Shown here: piece by piece, positions 27,961-36,857 of the stretch | Position numbering within the stretch: position 1 is the first letter of the stretch | How the letters are laid out: each line of letters opens with the position of its first letter | Source of the DNA: Candidatus Cloacimonadales bacterium | Lineage (GTDB): Bacteria; Cloacimonadota; Cloacimonadia; Cloacimonadales; JAIOQZ01 | Length of the DNA: 64,000 bases | Direction: 5' to 3' | Assembly (NCBI GenBank): GCA_963662655.2 | Contig: CAXXTU010000002.1 | Span: forward strand, 2,112,001 to 2,176,000 | Position numbers and translations under genes: made by a program | Notes under the pieces: generated by a model | The model's input: only the letters and a program-made list of their open reading frames with translations | What the model was told of the DNA's origin: nothing | The model's database searches: none

Positions 27961-30054
27961 ATGAGAGGGTCGATATTAATACTGCTTGCTATCATGCTAG
28001 TACTTCCTGTCATCGCAACGGACAACGGCTACCTTTCAAGCACCGGTCACAAGATTGGCTTCCCGGAGCGAAACGGTTCCAATCTGGCATGGCAGATTCA
28101 CACACCGCCAACGCCGCTTCTTGAGACTTTCGACGACCAGGCAATCAGTGCCAATAACGGCAACATGATCTTCCTTCACGAATCCAGTTATGGCGACAGC
28201 GATCTGAAGGTGCTTTCCGTCCAGGCTCGTGATGATTACGGCGCTGAACCGCGCGCTCACGAATTGTATTTCTATCATCCGGAGAATGACAATATTGGCA
28301 GTTACTATACCAGTGCGGAAAGTAACCAAACGAACGTCGTTTCAGCGATGGATTTCGAAACACACGATCTCATATTTGTTTGGGAGCAGTGGAACGATGA
28401 ATCGGATATCTGCGAGATATGTATTTCCTGCGATGTTTGGCATCTGGTGAATTGCCCGGGATTGATTTCATCGTCCCATGTTGTCTTCAGTAACAACAGC
28501 AACGAGCAGGAGTTTCCATGCGGTCTCGACAACTCCTTCCGCAATCCGCAGGTTCACATCGGGAAAGCCCCAAGCTACGCGGAAGATGGAAAACGAAGGC
28601 TATATATCTTTCTCTCGAGGCCCTACATGGCCTCCCGTTTCCAGGATGTTAAAGGGCAGTTCAAGATTCTCTGGTGCGATTTCGATACGCAGGATATCGA
28701 AGACGGTTCGATGCTGGAACCGGACTGGAATATTGTCGAATTCGACGTTCCAACGCCTCCGCATCCAGCCACCAGCGATCCTGTCAGTACCTATCTCTCC
28801 TGCGACTGCCGTGATGACGGACTCTTCGGCATCTACTGCTGGATCGACGGATCGTACGAATCGATGCCTCTTGGGGAGGAAAACATCTTTGTGCTGATCA
28901 ACGAGAACTACTGCGAAGGAGAATGGCAAACCTACTCCCGCTTCCTGGGATACGAAGTCGAATCGCCCCTGAACCACAACCGGATGCCCTGGCTTCAAGG
29001 CATAGACGAACTCTATATCGCGCCGGTTCACGCGGGGAATTTCAACGCGCTCTGGGACGACTTCGGACACTTCCACATACAGATGCCATTCTGTCTCCAA
29101 GGCGTGCAATTCCGGGTTCCGACACGCTGGCCGCTGATGTCTCAGGTCCGCAACGTTACCTACAACCACAATTCCCATCAAATCTTCTCAGTGGATGTCT
29201 ATCCGGTCAGTGAAAATCCCATTGAAGGCGATCCCGTTCTGCCGTGGGACATCGATGAAGATGGCATTGTGGATGTCATGGATTATGAAACGGGAGAAGT
29301 TGTTCCCGCGTGCTGCTATCCATGGCCGCACTGGAATGAGGAGTATGCGGACACCCACAACGGCATCAGGCTCGTGTGCAATCAGGATGAAGGCTGGATG
29401 GCCTGCTTCTGGAGCGACGCCCTCAAATCATGGATGTACAACAATGGCTACGATCTCCCAGAAGAAGCAAACCGACCGGAGATATTTTTCACGACATCCG
29501 GCTACTGGGTCGTCGAGTGGCGACAGGCGCAGGTTTTAAGCGGAAATCCCGAGGACGATGACTTCGTCCCCGAGATGGAAGGGAAGATCCCCCGAGACCT
29601 CATCCTTGCAAACACAATTCCCGAATTCACCAACTGGAGCGACGGTCTGCTGAGTATCGCCTACTACAACGACAACGAATACGGTTTCGACGATGACTCG
29701 GGCGGAACCATCGAATACATGTCCATACAGGCTGATTGCGAGAGACCCATCGAAACGAGAAACGCTGACGTAACACCGCCACAAGCCTCAATCTCCTGCT
29801 TCCCAAATCCGTTCAATCCAGCTACGACCATTCGCTACAATCTTCCCGAAGATTCGCCCGTTAACATCAGCATCTTCAATGTGAAAGGGCAGATCGTGCG
29901 CAGGCTCGTCGACGAACACCAAACTGCCGGGAACCGCTCGATGGAATGGAACGGAAAAGACGATTATCAAAAAAACGTTTCCAGCGGTGTTTACATGATC
30001 CGTATGAGAACAAATGGAATCGAGAAAACGCAGAAGGTGATGCTTTTAAAGTAG
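27961..30054 (+). CDS. Secreted acidic protein with FlgD/T9SS-like CTD
   Basis: GAGGAGG RBS; signal peptide; C-terminal FPNPFNPATT...KVMLLK. Confidence 0.85.
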   Translation: MRGSILILLAIMLVLPVIATDNGYLSSTGHKIGFPERNGSNLAWQIHTPPTPLLETFDDQAISANNGNMIFLHESSYGDSDLKVLSVQARDDYGAEPRAHELYFYHPENDNIGSYYTSAESNQTNVVSAMDFETHDLIFVWEQWNDESDICEICISCDVWHLVNCPGLISSSHVVFSNNSNEQEFPCGLDNSFRNPQVHIGKAPSYAEDGKRRLYIFLSRPYMASRFQDVKGQFKILWCDFDTQDIEDGSMLEPDWNIVEFDVPTPPHPATSDPVSTYLSCDCRDDGLFGIYCWIDGSYESMPLGEENIFVLINENYCEGEWQTYSRFLGYEVESPLNHNRMPWLQGIDELYIAPVHAGNFNALWDDFGHFHIQMPFCLQGVQFRVPTRWPLMSQVRNVTYNHNSHQIFSVDVYPVSENPIEGDPVLPWDIDEDGIVDVMDYETGEVVPACCYPWPHWNEEYADTHNGIRLVCNQDEGWMACFWSDALKSWMYNNGYDLPEEANRPEIFFTTSGYWVVEWRQAQVLSGNPEDDDFVPEMEGKIPRDLILANTIPEFTNWSDGLLSIAYYNDNEYGFDDDSGGTIEYMSIQADCERPIETRNADVTPPQASISCFPNPFNPATTIRYNLPEDSPVNISIFNVKGQIVRRLVDEHQTAGNRSMEWNGKDDYQKNVSSGVYMIRMRTNGIEKTQKVMLLK

Positions 30055-30081
30055 CTGGAATATATGATCGTGAATTGCGAG

Positions 30082-30177
30082 GCGTGAGCAGATTCGTTCG
30101 ATCTGCTTGCGCAGGCGTGGTGTTACACGTCTTTTTATTAGAGTTCGATAGTTTTCAAGACGTGTTATATCCACGCC
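30082..30177 (+). repeat. Double-hairpin intergenic element; its 20-nt core recurs at 56336-56355
   Basis: GCGTGAGCAGAT/ATCTGCTTGCGC; GGCGTGG..ACACGTCTT/AAGACGTGT..CCACGCC. Confidence 0.45.
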
Positions 30178-30228
30178 GGAGCGCAGATCGTGCGAAGATG
30201 CCATGCCGGTAGACCAATGATAAAAAAA

Positions 30229-30828
30229 CTACCTCTTCTTCAAGACGTCGCTATACATCTTCTCCACGCATTCCGGACACAGACCATGCGAAAACTCGAT
30301 CCCGAAATTCTGCGTGAAATAGACCTCGAGATGCTTCCAATTCTTCTGCTCCGTCGCCTGCGCTTCAACGTTGCGAACCTTCCTGCAATGTGAGCAGATT
30401 GCCACGGTCGATTCCGTTTCGCCCAGCTTGTGCAGTTCGTCCGCCAGCGCAACGTTCAGCTTGTACTGCTCGATTGCCTTTTCGATGATAGGCAGCATCT
30501 CTTCGTATTCAATCGGTTTGGTTAGAAAACGGAAGATGGAACACTCGTTCACGGCGCGAATGGCCATATTGAGATCCGCCTGCCCGGTTATCAGTATCGG
30601 CACAGAAAGCGTATCGAACGCCATCTTCATCTTGATAAGCTCGATACCGTCGTGATCAGGCATGGAGTAGTCCGTAACAATCACAGACACTGGCGGGGAT
30701 TTCTTCAGGGATTCCAACGCTTCTAATGCGCTTGCGGCAATATCCACCTGAAACTGGTGGCGATATTGCCTGCGGTATGATTTGAGAAGATTTACATCGT
30801 CATCGACAAAAAGTACTCTGTGCAGCAT
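30229..30828 (-). CDS. Response regulator (REC + C-terminal Cys/His motif)
   Basis: VDDD; VTDYSMP; FLTKP; ICSHCRKVR...SHGLCPEC. Confidence 0.88.
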   Translation of the reverse strand: MLHRVLFVDDDVNLLKSYRRQYRHQFQVDIAASALEALESLKKSPPVSVIVTDYSMPDHDGIELIKMKMAFDTLSVPILITGQADLNMAIRAVNECSIFRFLTKPIEYEEMLPIIEKAIEQYKLNVALADELHKLGETESTVAICSHCRKVRNVEAQATEQKNWKHLEVYFTQNFGIEFSHGLCPECVEKMYSDVLKKR

Positions 30829-30830
30829 AT

Positions 30831-32051
30831 TTATTGCCCTTCAGCCTCGAGCCATTCTTTGTATTTCTTTTCAAGACCGGCGGTTTTCAGAAACAGCATA
30901 TCCGGTTGGGATTCCAGATTGGTTATGCTGCCACCTCTCTTTATATCGACAATGGTATTGGCCATGTGAACGGCGGCCAAAGGAGAAAACCCTGTGTGGT
31001 AGCCCATCATCGGTGTATGATGGAAAGCGATGGGCTCGATGATTTCATCGGGTAAACCCCAAATCCCCATCATGTAACCCGCAATCTCCTGATGACCGAC
31101 CCGAAACCTTTTCAACTCCGCGTCCAGCAGATCGACATGATTCTTCTCAACGTCCTCAAGCGCTTCACGATATAGCTCTGGAAACTCGGTTGCCAGTATC
31201 AGCTTGCCGATATCATGGAGCATCCCCCCAACAAAAGCCTGGTCTTCAGTCTCTTTGCAGCATTCCGAGCCAACGGTGATCTTCTTGGCCAACTCAGCGA
31301 CACACATCGAGTGCGACCACAGAGAACCATAATGGAATACCTGGGACTGGTTCTCGTATGACTTGAACAGGTGTATCGAAAGCGCAAGATTACGTACCGT
31401 GTTCAATCCCAACAAGCTTGCAGCCTGCATCGGGCTGGATACCGTGCGATACGTGCTGAAGAACGGCGAATTCACCAGATGAAGAATCTGCGCGCTCATC
31501 CCGAGATCCTTACTGATGATCTCACCAACACGCTTGATCGAGCTGTTCTCCCTGTCCAGTTCTTCGATTAGCTCCTTGTAAATCTGCGGAAGACTGGGAA
31601 TCGTCCGCATCCCGGATACCAGGCTCGTCAGCGCTTCGTTTTTCATGAGCTTGCGGAGGTTCAATATCCGTGTGATGATCCCGATCAGATGATCTGTCTC
31701 GCATGGCTTGGTTAGGTACTGATGAGCAATTTTCACCGCCTCCATGGCAAGATCCTGCTCGGCATAGCCGGTCAGAATGATCCTGACCGTCTCGGGGTGC
31801 CTCTTCGATACCTCGCGGAGCAACTCCACCCCATTCATGTTCGGCATCTTGACATCCGATATAAGAATATCGAAATGCTGCTTACCCATCAGTTTCAACG
31901 CCTCCTCTCCCGAGGTGACAAATTGTAAATCCCAATCCTTACGCTTTGATCTCAAGCTCCTCCGCAGGCCATCAAGGACGTGCGGTTCGTCATCAACAAA
32001 TAGCAATCGATTATTCATCGAACTTCCTTGGTTTCTATTCACTGGACTCAA
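30831..32051 (-). CDS. Response regulator with HDOD domain
   Basis: REC (VDDE, SDVKMP, LTKP) plus IPSLP..ISKDLGMSAQIL..VNS, LLG, LHDIGKL, WGLP, FHH. Confidence 0.9.
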   Translation of the reverse strand: MSPVNRNQGSSMNNRLLFVDDEPHVLDGLRRSLRSKRKDWDLQFVTSGEEALKLMGKQHFDILISDVKMPNMNGVELLREVSKRHPETVRIILTGYAEQDLAMEAVKIAHQYLTKPCETDHLIGIITRILNLRKLMKNEALTSLVSGMRTIPSLPQIYKELIEELDRENSSIKRVGEIISKDLGMSAQILHLVNSPFFSTYRTVSSPMQAASLLGLNTVRNLALSIHLFKSYENQSQVFHYGSLWSHSMCVAELAKKITVGSECCKETEDQAFVGGMLHDIGKLILATEFPELYREALEDVEKNHVDLLDAELKRFRVGHQEIAGYMMGIWGLPDEIIEPIAFHHTPMMGYHTGFSPLAAVHMANTIVDIKRGGSITNLESQPDMLFLKTAGLEKKYKEWLEAEGQ

Positions 32052-33222
32052 TCAACGGTAAACTGATTTCGAATTGAGTACCCACCATGTCTTCCGAAGT
32101 CACCTTGATCTGACCTCTATGCCTGCTGATAATCTGTTGCACAAGGGATAGACCCTGGCCGGTTCCTTCGCCGGGCTTCTTGGTCGTAAAAAACGGCTCG
32201 AAAATCCTGCCGATCAGACCTTGAGGAATTCCCGTTCCCGAGTCTCTTATATGTATGATTATCTCGCTGTTGTCGTGCTGGGTGCGAATCGATATCTCGC
32301 CCTTCTCACCGATCGATTCCTTTTTCTTCTGAATTGCTTGCGCTGCATTGACAAGCAGATTGAGAAACACCTGGCTGATTTCATCCCGCAATACGGATAT
32401 CTCGGGTAACGTGGGGTCAAGATCGAGTCTGAGGTTCGCATAGTTCTTCCACTCGCCGTGCGTGATGGTGAGAGCGCTTTTTATCAGATCATTGACATTC
32501 ACCCATTCCTTGTGATCGTAACCAGGATGAGAAAAACGCTTCATGGCATCCAGAATGTACCTGATTTGCCTCACTCCCTCCTGAGACTCCGTCAGGGCGG
32601 GTTGAATGTCCTCCATCAAATCCTCGAAATCGTGTTTGTTCAGGATGACATACAATTTCTCGCACAGATCCGACGAATCCCCCTTATTCACGAGACCCGA
32701 TAACTCATTGTATACCTGTATCATCAACCTGGTTGATTCCATCACGAAACGGACGTTATCGCCGATGTATTGTATAGGTGAGCGAATCTCATGCATCACA
32801 CCGGCCGCCAGTCTCCCGATCGTCAGGAATTTATGGCCTGCAACGAGCCGCTCGATCATTTCCTCCGATTTGTCTTCGTGATAGAAGGTGATCAGGGTAA
32901 CACCCGAAGGCTCATCCTCTGCAACGGGAACGCATACAGCTCTATACTCTCGCTTCTGATCCCTCACATTTACACCAATCAGCGTTTCGGTTCTTTTTTG
33001 TTGATTGAAACAGGTCATCAAGGAATCACTGAGTTTCGCTGAATCTGTGATTTGTGGAATCCCGCCAATATTTTTGCCGATCAGGAACCCGATATCCTGG
33101 GCCTCGGAATTCGCGGCAATAATGGCTGCATGAATATCAACCACAATCGCAGGCAAGAGAACCAGATCAGCGATTTGTTTTGCAGATAACGCTACCTTCC
33201 ACATTTCCCTGGTTTGCTCCAT
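32035..33222 (-). CDS. Cytoplasmic sensor histidine kinase
   Basis: H-box HEIRSP; N-box NLLVNAAQA; DSGTGI; FEPFFTTK; GTGQGL. Confidence 0.9.
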   Translation of the reverse strand: MEQTREMWKVALSAKQIADLVLLPAIVVDIHAAIIAANSEAQDIGFLIGKNIGGIPQITDSAKLSDSLMTCFNQQKRTETLIGVNVRDQKREYRAVCVPVAEDEPSGVTLITFYHEDKSEEMIERLVAGHKFLTIGRLAAGVMHEIRSPIQYIGDNVRFVMESTRLMIQVYNELSGLVNKGDSSDLCEKLYVILNKHDFEDLMEDIQPALTESQEGVRQIRYILDAMKRFSHPGYDHKEWVNVNDLIKSALTITHGEWKNYANLRLDLDPTLPEISVLRDEISQVFLNLLVNAAQAIQKKKESIGEKGEISIRTQHDNSEIIIHIRDSGTGIPQGLIGRIFEPFFTTKKPGEGTGQGLSLVQQIISRHRGQIKVTSEDMVGTQFEISLPLIESSE

Positions 33223-33397
33223 TCGCTGTCTCCTGAATCCAAGCCACGATTCAGTAAATAAGTACGTTCAGTTAACATGTCTCATGCGTTTACGTTATAT
33301 CAAATAACAAATTAATGTTTTTTTCATTCGGGGCAAAAATTAAAAAAAGCGCTGAAAGGCCCCCAAGCCATCCAGCGCATAAAAAACAAGTCGATTG

Positions 33398-34582
33398 TTA
33401 CGAAATCATCTCCAGCGCTTGATCGAGATCATCGATGATGTCTTCAACATCCTCGATCCCAACCGAGAAACGAACAAGTTCATCCGTAATGCCGGCTTTG
33501 AGTTTGTTCTCTTTCGAAACTTTGGAATGCGTCATCGAGGCAGGGTGCTGAATCAAGGACTCAACACCGCCGAGTGAAACGGCCAGTGCAGCGAGATGAA
33601 CGTTGTCCATCATGGTCTTACCGGCTTGAAGACCGCCAACAAGCCCGAAGGATATCATCGCCCCGAACCCCTTCATCTGGCGCTTGGCCAGTTCATGCTG
33701 CGGATGGGACTCGAGTCCGGGATAACGAACCCATGCCACCTTCGGATGTGAATCGAGATAGCGAGCCACTTTCATGGCGTTATCCTGCGCCCGGTCCATG
33801 CGGATGGAGAGGGTTTTCAAACCGCGATAAGCGAGAAACGCCTGATGCGGATCCATGTTCGGCCCCAAATTGGCCATGGTCGCGTAAAGTTCCTTGTAAT
33901 CCTTTTCCGTTTTCGCAACGACCAGTCCACCCACGATGTCCGCGTGTCCGTTGATGAACTTGGTGAGCGAGTGCAGCACCACGTCGGCTCCCAAATCGAG
34001 GGGGCGCTGAAGGTACGGACTGCAGAATGTGTTATCGACAACCAGCGGGAAACCGTTTTCGTGCGCAAGATCGGCGCATGCGGCGATATCGGATATAACG
34101 ATGGTTGGATTCGCCGGCGTTTCGATGTACAAGAGCTTCGTATTTGGTTTGATTACCGCTTTGATCGCTTCGATATCCGATGTATCGACGAAATCCGCGT
34201 CAACGCCGAGACGTTTGTAATATTTTTCGAGCACTCCGCGAGAGGGGCCATAAACCGCCCCGGAGCAAATAATGTGATCACCTTGAGCGAGGTAGTTCAT
34301 GTAAACCGTATTCACTGCGCCCATACCGGAGGTTGTCGCGATACCGCCGAAACCGCCCTCGAGTTCTGCAACGGCGTCTTCCAGAGCCCTGATGGTGGGA
34401 TTGCCAAGTCGGGTATAGATGTATCCGTCGCTCTCACCGGCAAAACAGGCAGCGCCGTGATCGGCGTTCTTGAACGCGAAGGTCGATGTTTGGTAAATCG
34501 GAACAGAAACACTCAGGAACTGATCGGAAATCTGTCCCGAGTGGATCAATTTTGTATTGAAACCAGCTTTTTTTGTATCCAT
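33398..34582 (-). CDS. mgl: Methionine gamma-lyase / trans-sulfuration PLP enzyme
   Basis: PIYQTSTF; YIYTRLGNPT; ETPANP; VDNTF; HSLTKFINGH; AVSLGGVESLIQHPASMTHS. Confidence 0.8.
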   Translation of the reverse strand: MDTKKAGFNTKLIHSGQISDQFLSVSVPIYQTSTFAFKNADHGAACFAGESDGYIYTRLGNPTIRALEDAVAELEGGFGGIATTSGMGAVNTVYMNYLAQGDHIICSGAVYGPSRGVLEKYYKRLGVDADFVDTSDIEAIKAVIKPNTKLLYIETPANPTIVISDIAACADLAHENGFPLVVDNTFCSPYLQRPLDLGADVVLHSLTKFINGHADIVGGLVVAKTEKDYKELYATMANLGPNMDPHQAFLAYRGLKTLSIRMDRAQDNAMKVARYLDSHPKVAWVRYPGLESHPQHELAKRQMKGFGAMISFGLVGGLQAGKTMMDNVHLAALAVSLGGVESLIQHPASMTHSKVSKENKLKAGITDELVRFSVGIEDVEDIIDDLDQALEMIS

Positions 34583-34859
34583 TCTATCTCCTTTTTTCTG
34601 GTGCCAGATAAATTATCCATTTGATCCTGTCTAAGGATTTCCCTATTCGCCATCCTTCGCAGGCAGACGCTACGAAAGTATAAGAGGATTTTCCGCTTTC
34701 GGCACATTGAATATTCCAACTCACTATCGTTAATCATTGTAATACGATGCAGGCCTGTCACGCACAAAAGGACGTTAACCGGAAATATCGTGACTTTCCT
34801 CTTGACGGGTTGGAGCATTTCAAATAACTTATTTTTGAATTATTACTTGTCCAGGCGGT

Positions 34860-36278
34860 ATGATGGATAACGATCTAAAAAATCAACTTACGACAGATGA
34901 CCACGGAAGGAAAATCGAGGAAATCTTAAGCAATGCCTCATTAGAAATAACCAGAGGGCACCTCGATAAGGCCAGAGAGATTCTGAACGAGGCCGATTCT
35001 TTTGCAGAAACCGATGCCGAACGCGCTCGCTGCAAGAGCGCTCGAGCTCATTTCCTGATGTCTCTGGATCAGAACCGTGAAGCATTACCCATCTTACTGG
35101 AGCTGATCGAGAATCTCGAGAATGGACTTTCGGGAATCAGTGTCGCGCAGTTGTACAATCAGATCGGAATTTGCTATCGCGACATGGGAGATTTCGATAA
35201 ATGCTTGAGCTACTATCGCAAAGCCTACGAAGCATTCTGCGAAAATGAAGACCTCCACGGGATGGCAGGAACCATCATCAACATCAGCAATGTCTACAGA
35301 AGCCACGGAAAGTACGATGTAGCGCTCGAGCACTACCGTCAAGCCGAGGAAATTATCGGAGACAGAGATGGTTTTGACGAACACAGAGCGCTTTTGTTGA
35401 AAGGCATGGGGGCGGTTTATAGAAAACGCAAAGATATTGATAAAGCAATGATCTGCTTGCAGGAAGCTATCGAGATATGCTATAAGCGAGAAGACACGCG
35501 AGGTGTTTGCAATGCCCTGAACTCCATGGCGCTTCTGCGCAAGGATCAAAATCGTTACGACGACGCCCTCGAACTGTACAACTCCAGTCTGGAACTTGCA
35601 AGAGCCAAGGGTTACGACGCACTGATCGCTACGTTGCTTTCAAACATCGGGCAGCTTTACATGCTCAAGGATCAATACGAGGAAGCGAAAGAACCGCTTG
35701 CTCAGGGATTGGAGATAGCCCAACGGATCCATGCGCGGCAAATCGTGATGCAGAACTATTTCATGCACGCCCGTCTGGCTGCAGGACTTGGGGATATTCA
35801 AAAGATTGTCGATTATTTCTTGCTGTACGACGAGGAAAAAGGCGCGCTTCTCAACGACAGAGCCGTCGAGCGCATGAGCAATCTCGAGATGAAGTTCGAT
35901 CTTGAGCGAAAAGAGCACGAAGCCGAGGTTTATCGCCTACGCAACGAGGAGCTTGTTGAGAAGAACCGCCAGCTCAAGGAAGCGCAGGATGAAATACTTC
36001 AGCTCGAACGCCGGAACTCGATTTATGCGATGGCGGTTACGGCCAACCATGAGCTAAACCAACCGCTGATGGTTATTCAAGGCAACCTGGACATGCTCGA
36101 AACCTATATACAAGATGGTGGCGATAAAGCGAAGCAGCGCCTCGAAAAGATCCGCTCAGCGCTCTGCCGCATCAACGACCTTCTCAAGAAATTCCGCCAG
36201 CTTGAAGACGCCCACCTGGGGGAATACAGTTCAGATACCCCTATGGTAGTGTTCGATTCCGACTTCTGTGAATCGTAA
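34860..36278 (+). CDS. TPR-repeat protein with HisKA-like H-box but no HATPase domain
   Basis: Multiple TPRs, a coiled coil, then ANHELNQPL; the protein ends about 65 aa later without N/G boxes. Confidence 0.8.
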   Translation: MMDNDLKNQLTTDDHGRKIEEILSNASLEITRGHLDKAREILNEADSFAETDAERARCKSARAHFLMSLDQNREALPILLELIENLENGLSGISVAQLYNQIGICYRDMGDFDKCLSYYRKAYEAFCENEDLHGMAGTIINISNVYRSHGKYDVALEHYRQAEEIIGDRDGFDEHRALLLKGMGAVYRKRKDIDKAMICLQEAIEICYKREDTRGVCNALNSMALLRKDQNRYDDALELYNSSLELARAKGYDALIATLLSNIGQLYMLKDQYEEAKEPLAQGLEIAQRIHARQIVMQNYFMHARLAAGLGDIQKIVDYFLLYDEEKGALLNDRAVERMSNLEMKFDLERKEHEAEVYRLRNEELVEKNRQLKEAQDEILQLERRNSIYAMAVTANHELNQPLMVIQGNLDMLETYIQDGGDKAKQRLEKIRSALCRINDLLKKFRQLEDAHLGEYSSDTPMVVFDSDFCES

Positions 36279-36592
36279 ACAGAACGCTACCTTTCAATAA
36301 TTATTCGCATTCACTTGCCCTTCATGGAGAGTTTATACCTACCTTGCATTCCTTCGTATACTATTGTTGACGAGATAATTGTCTGGAACGGTGGATTGTC
36401 CTCCTGCTTTTTTCGCAATCCACCTTCATGGCGTTACATTTAGCATAGACCTCCTCCACTCTCCACCTGTCCTCACCAGAGGACAGGTATGTTTCAACGG
36501 CAGTCTCCAACCTGATCTGAACCTCCTCCCACGCGGGGTGGCGTTGTCTGACAGTAAAAGGATTCCCAGATAGAACTGGCGTTGAATACTTA

Positions 36593-36608
36593 CGGAAATG
36601 TAGGGATT
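36593..36608 (-). repeat. Degenerate duplicate of the tRNA-Ser 3' end (att-like scar)
   Basis: CGGAAATGTAGGGATT versus tRNA CGGAGATGTAGGGATT (15/16), same orientation. Confidence 0.65.
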
Positions 36609-36692
36609 GGAGCTAAGGCGACGGTTCTCATTCCGTGCCTGTGGCTAAGCCATGATAGTGGGTATAAAACTCGATTTGCGTGGGCACAAAAA

Positions 36693-36783
36693 TGGCGGAG
36701 ATGTAGGGATTCGAACCCTAGACCCGGTTTCCCGAGCACACGATTTCCAATCGTGCTCCTTAAGCCAACTCGGACACATCTCC
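36693..36783 (-). tRNA. tRNA-Ser(GGA)
   Basis: GGAGATG acceptor stem; anticodon arm CACGA-TTGGAAA-TCGTG; long variable arm; GGTTCGAATCC; encoded CCA. Confidence 0.97.
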
Positions 36784-36857
36784 GCTTAGGTGCTTTTCAA
36801 TATTGAAAAGGTGATGCAACAAAAAACAGACGGTTTTTTTTGTAAACGATTTTTTTA

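Noticed and set aside
34738..34750. 13-mer TGTAATACGATGC shared with 56306-56318
   Set aside because: A single 13-nt match is plausible by chance; it is not palindromic and has no extended similarity.
34583..34800. Possible SAM or c-di-GMP riboswitch upstream of mgl
   Set aside because: Some short stems are present, but the SAM-I and GEMM consensus motifs are not.
36300..36560. GGA-rich minus-strand tract as a CsrB-like sRNA
   Set aside because: GGA motifs are not clearly in hairpin loops and are explained by a Glu-rich decayed reading frame.
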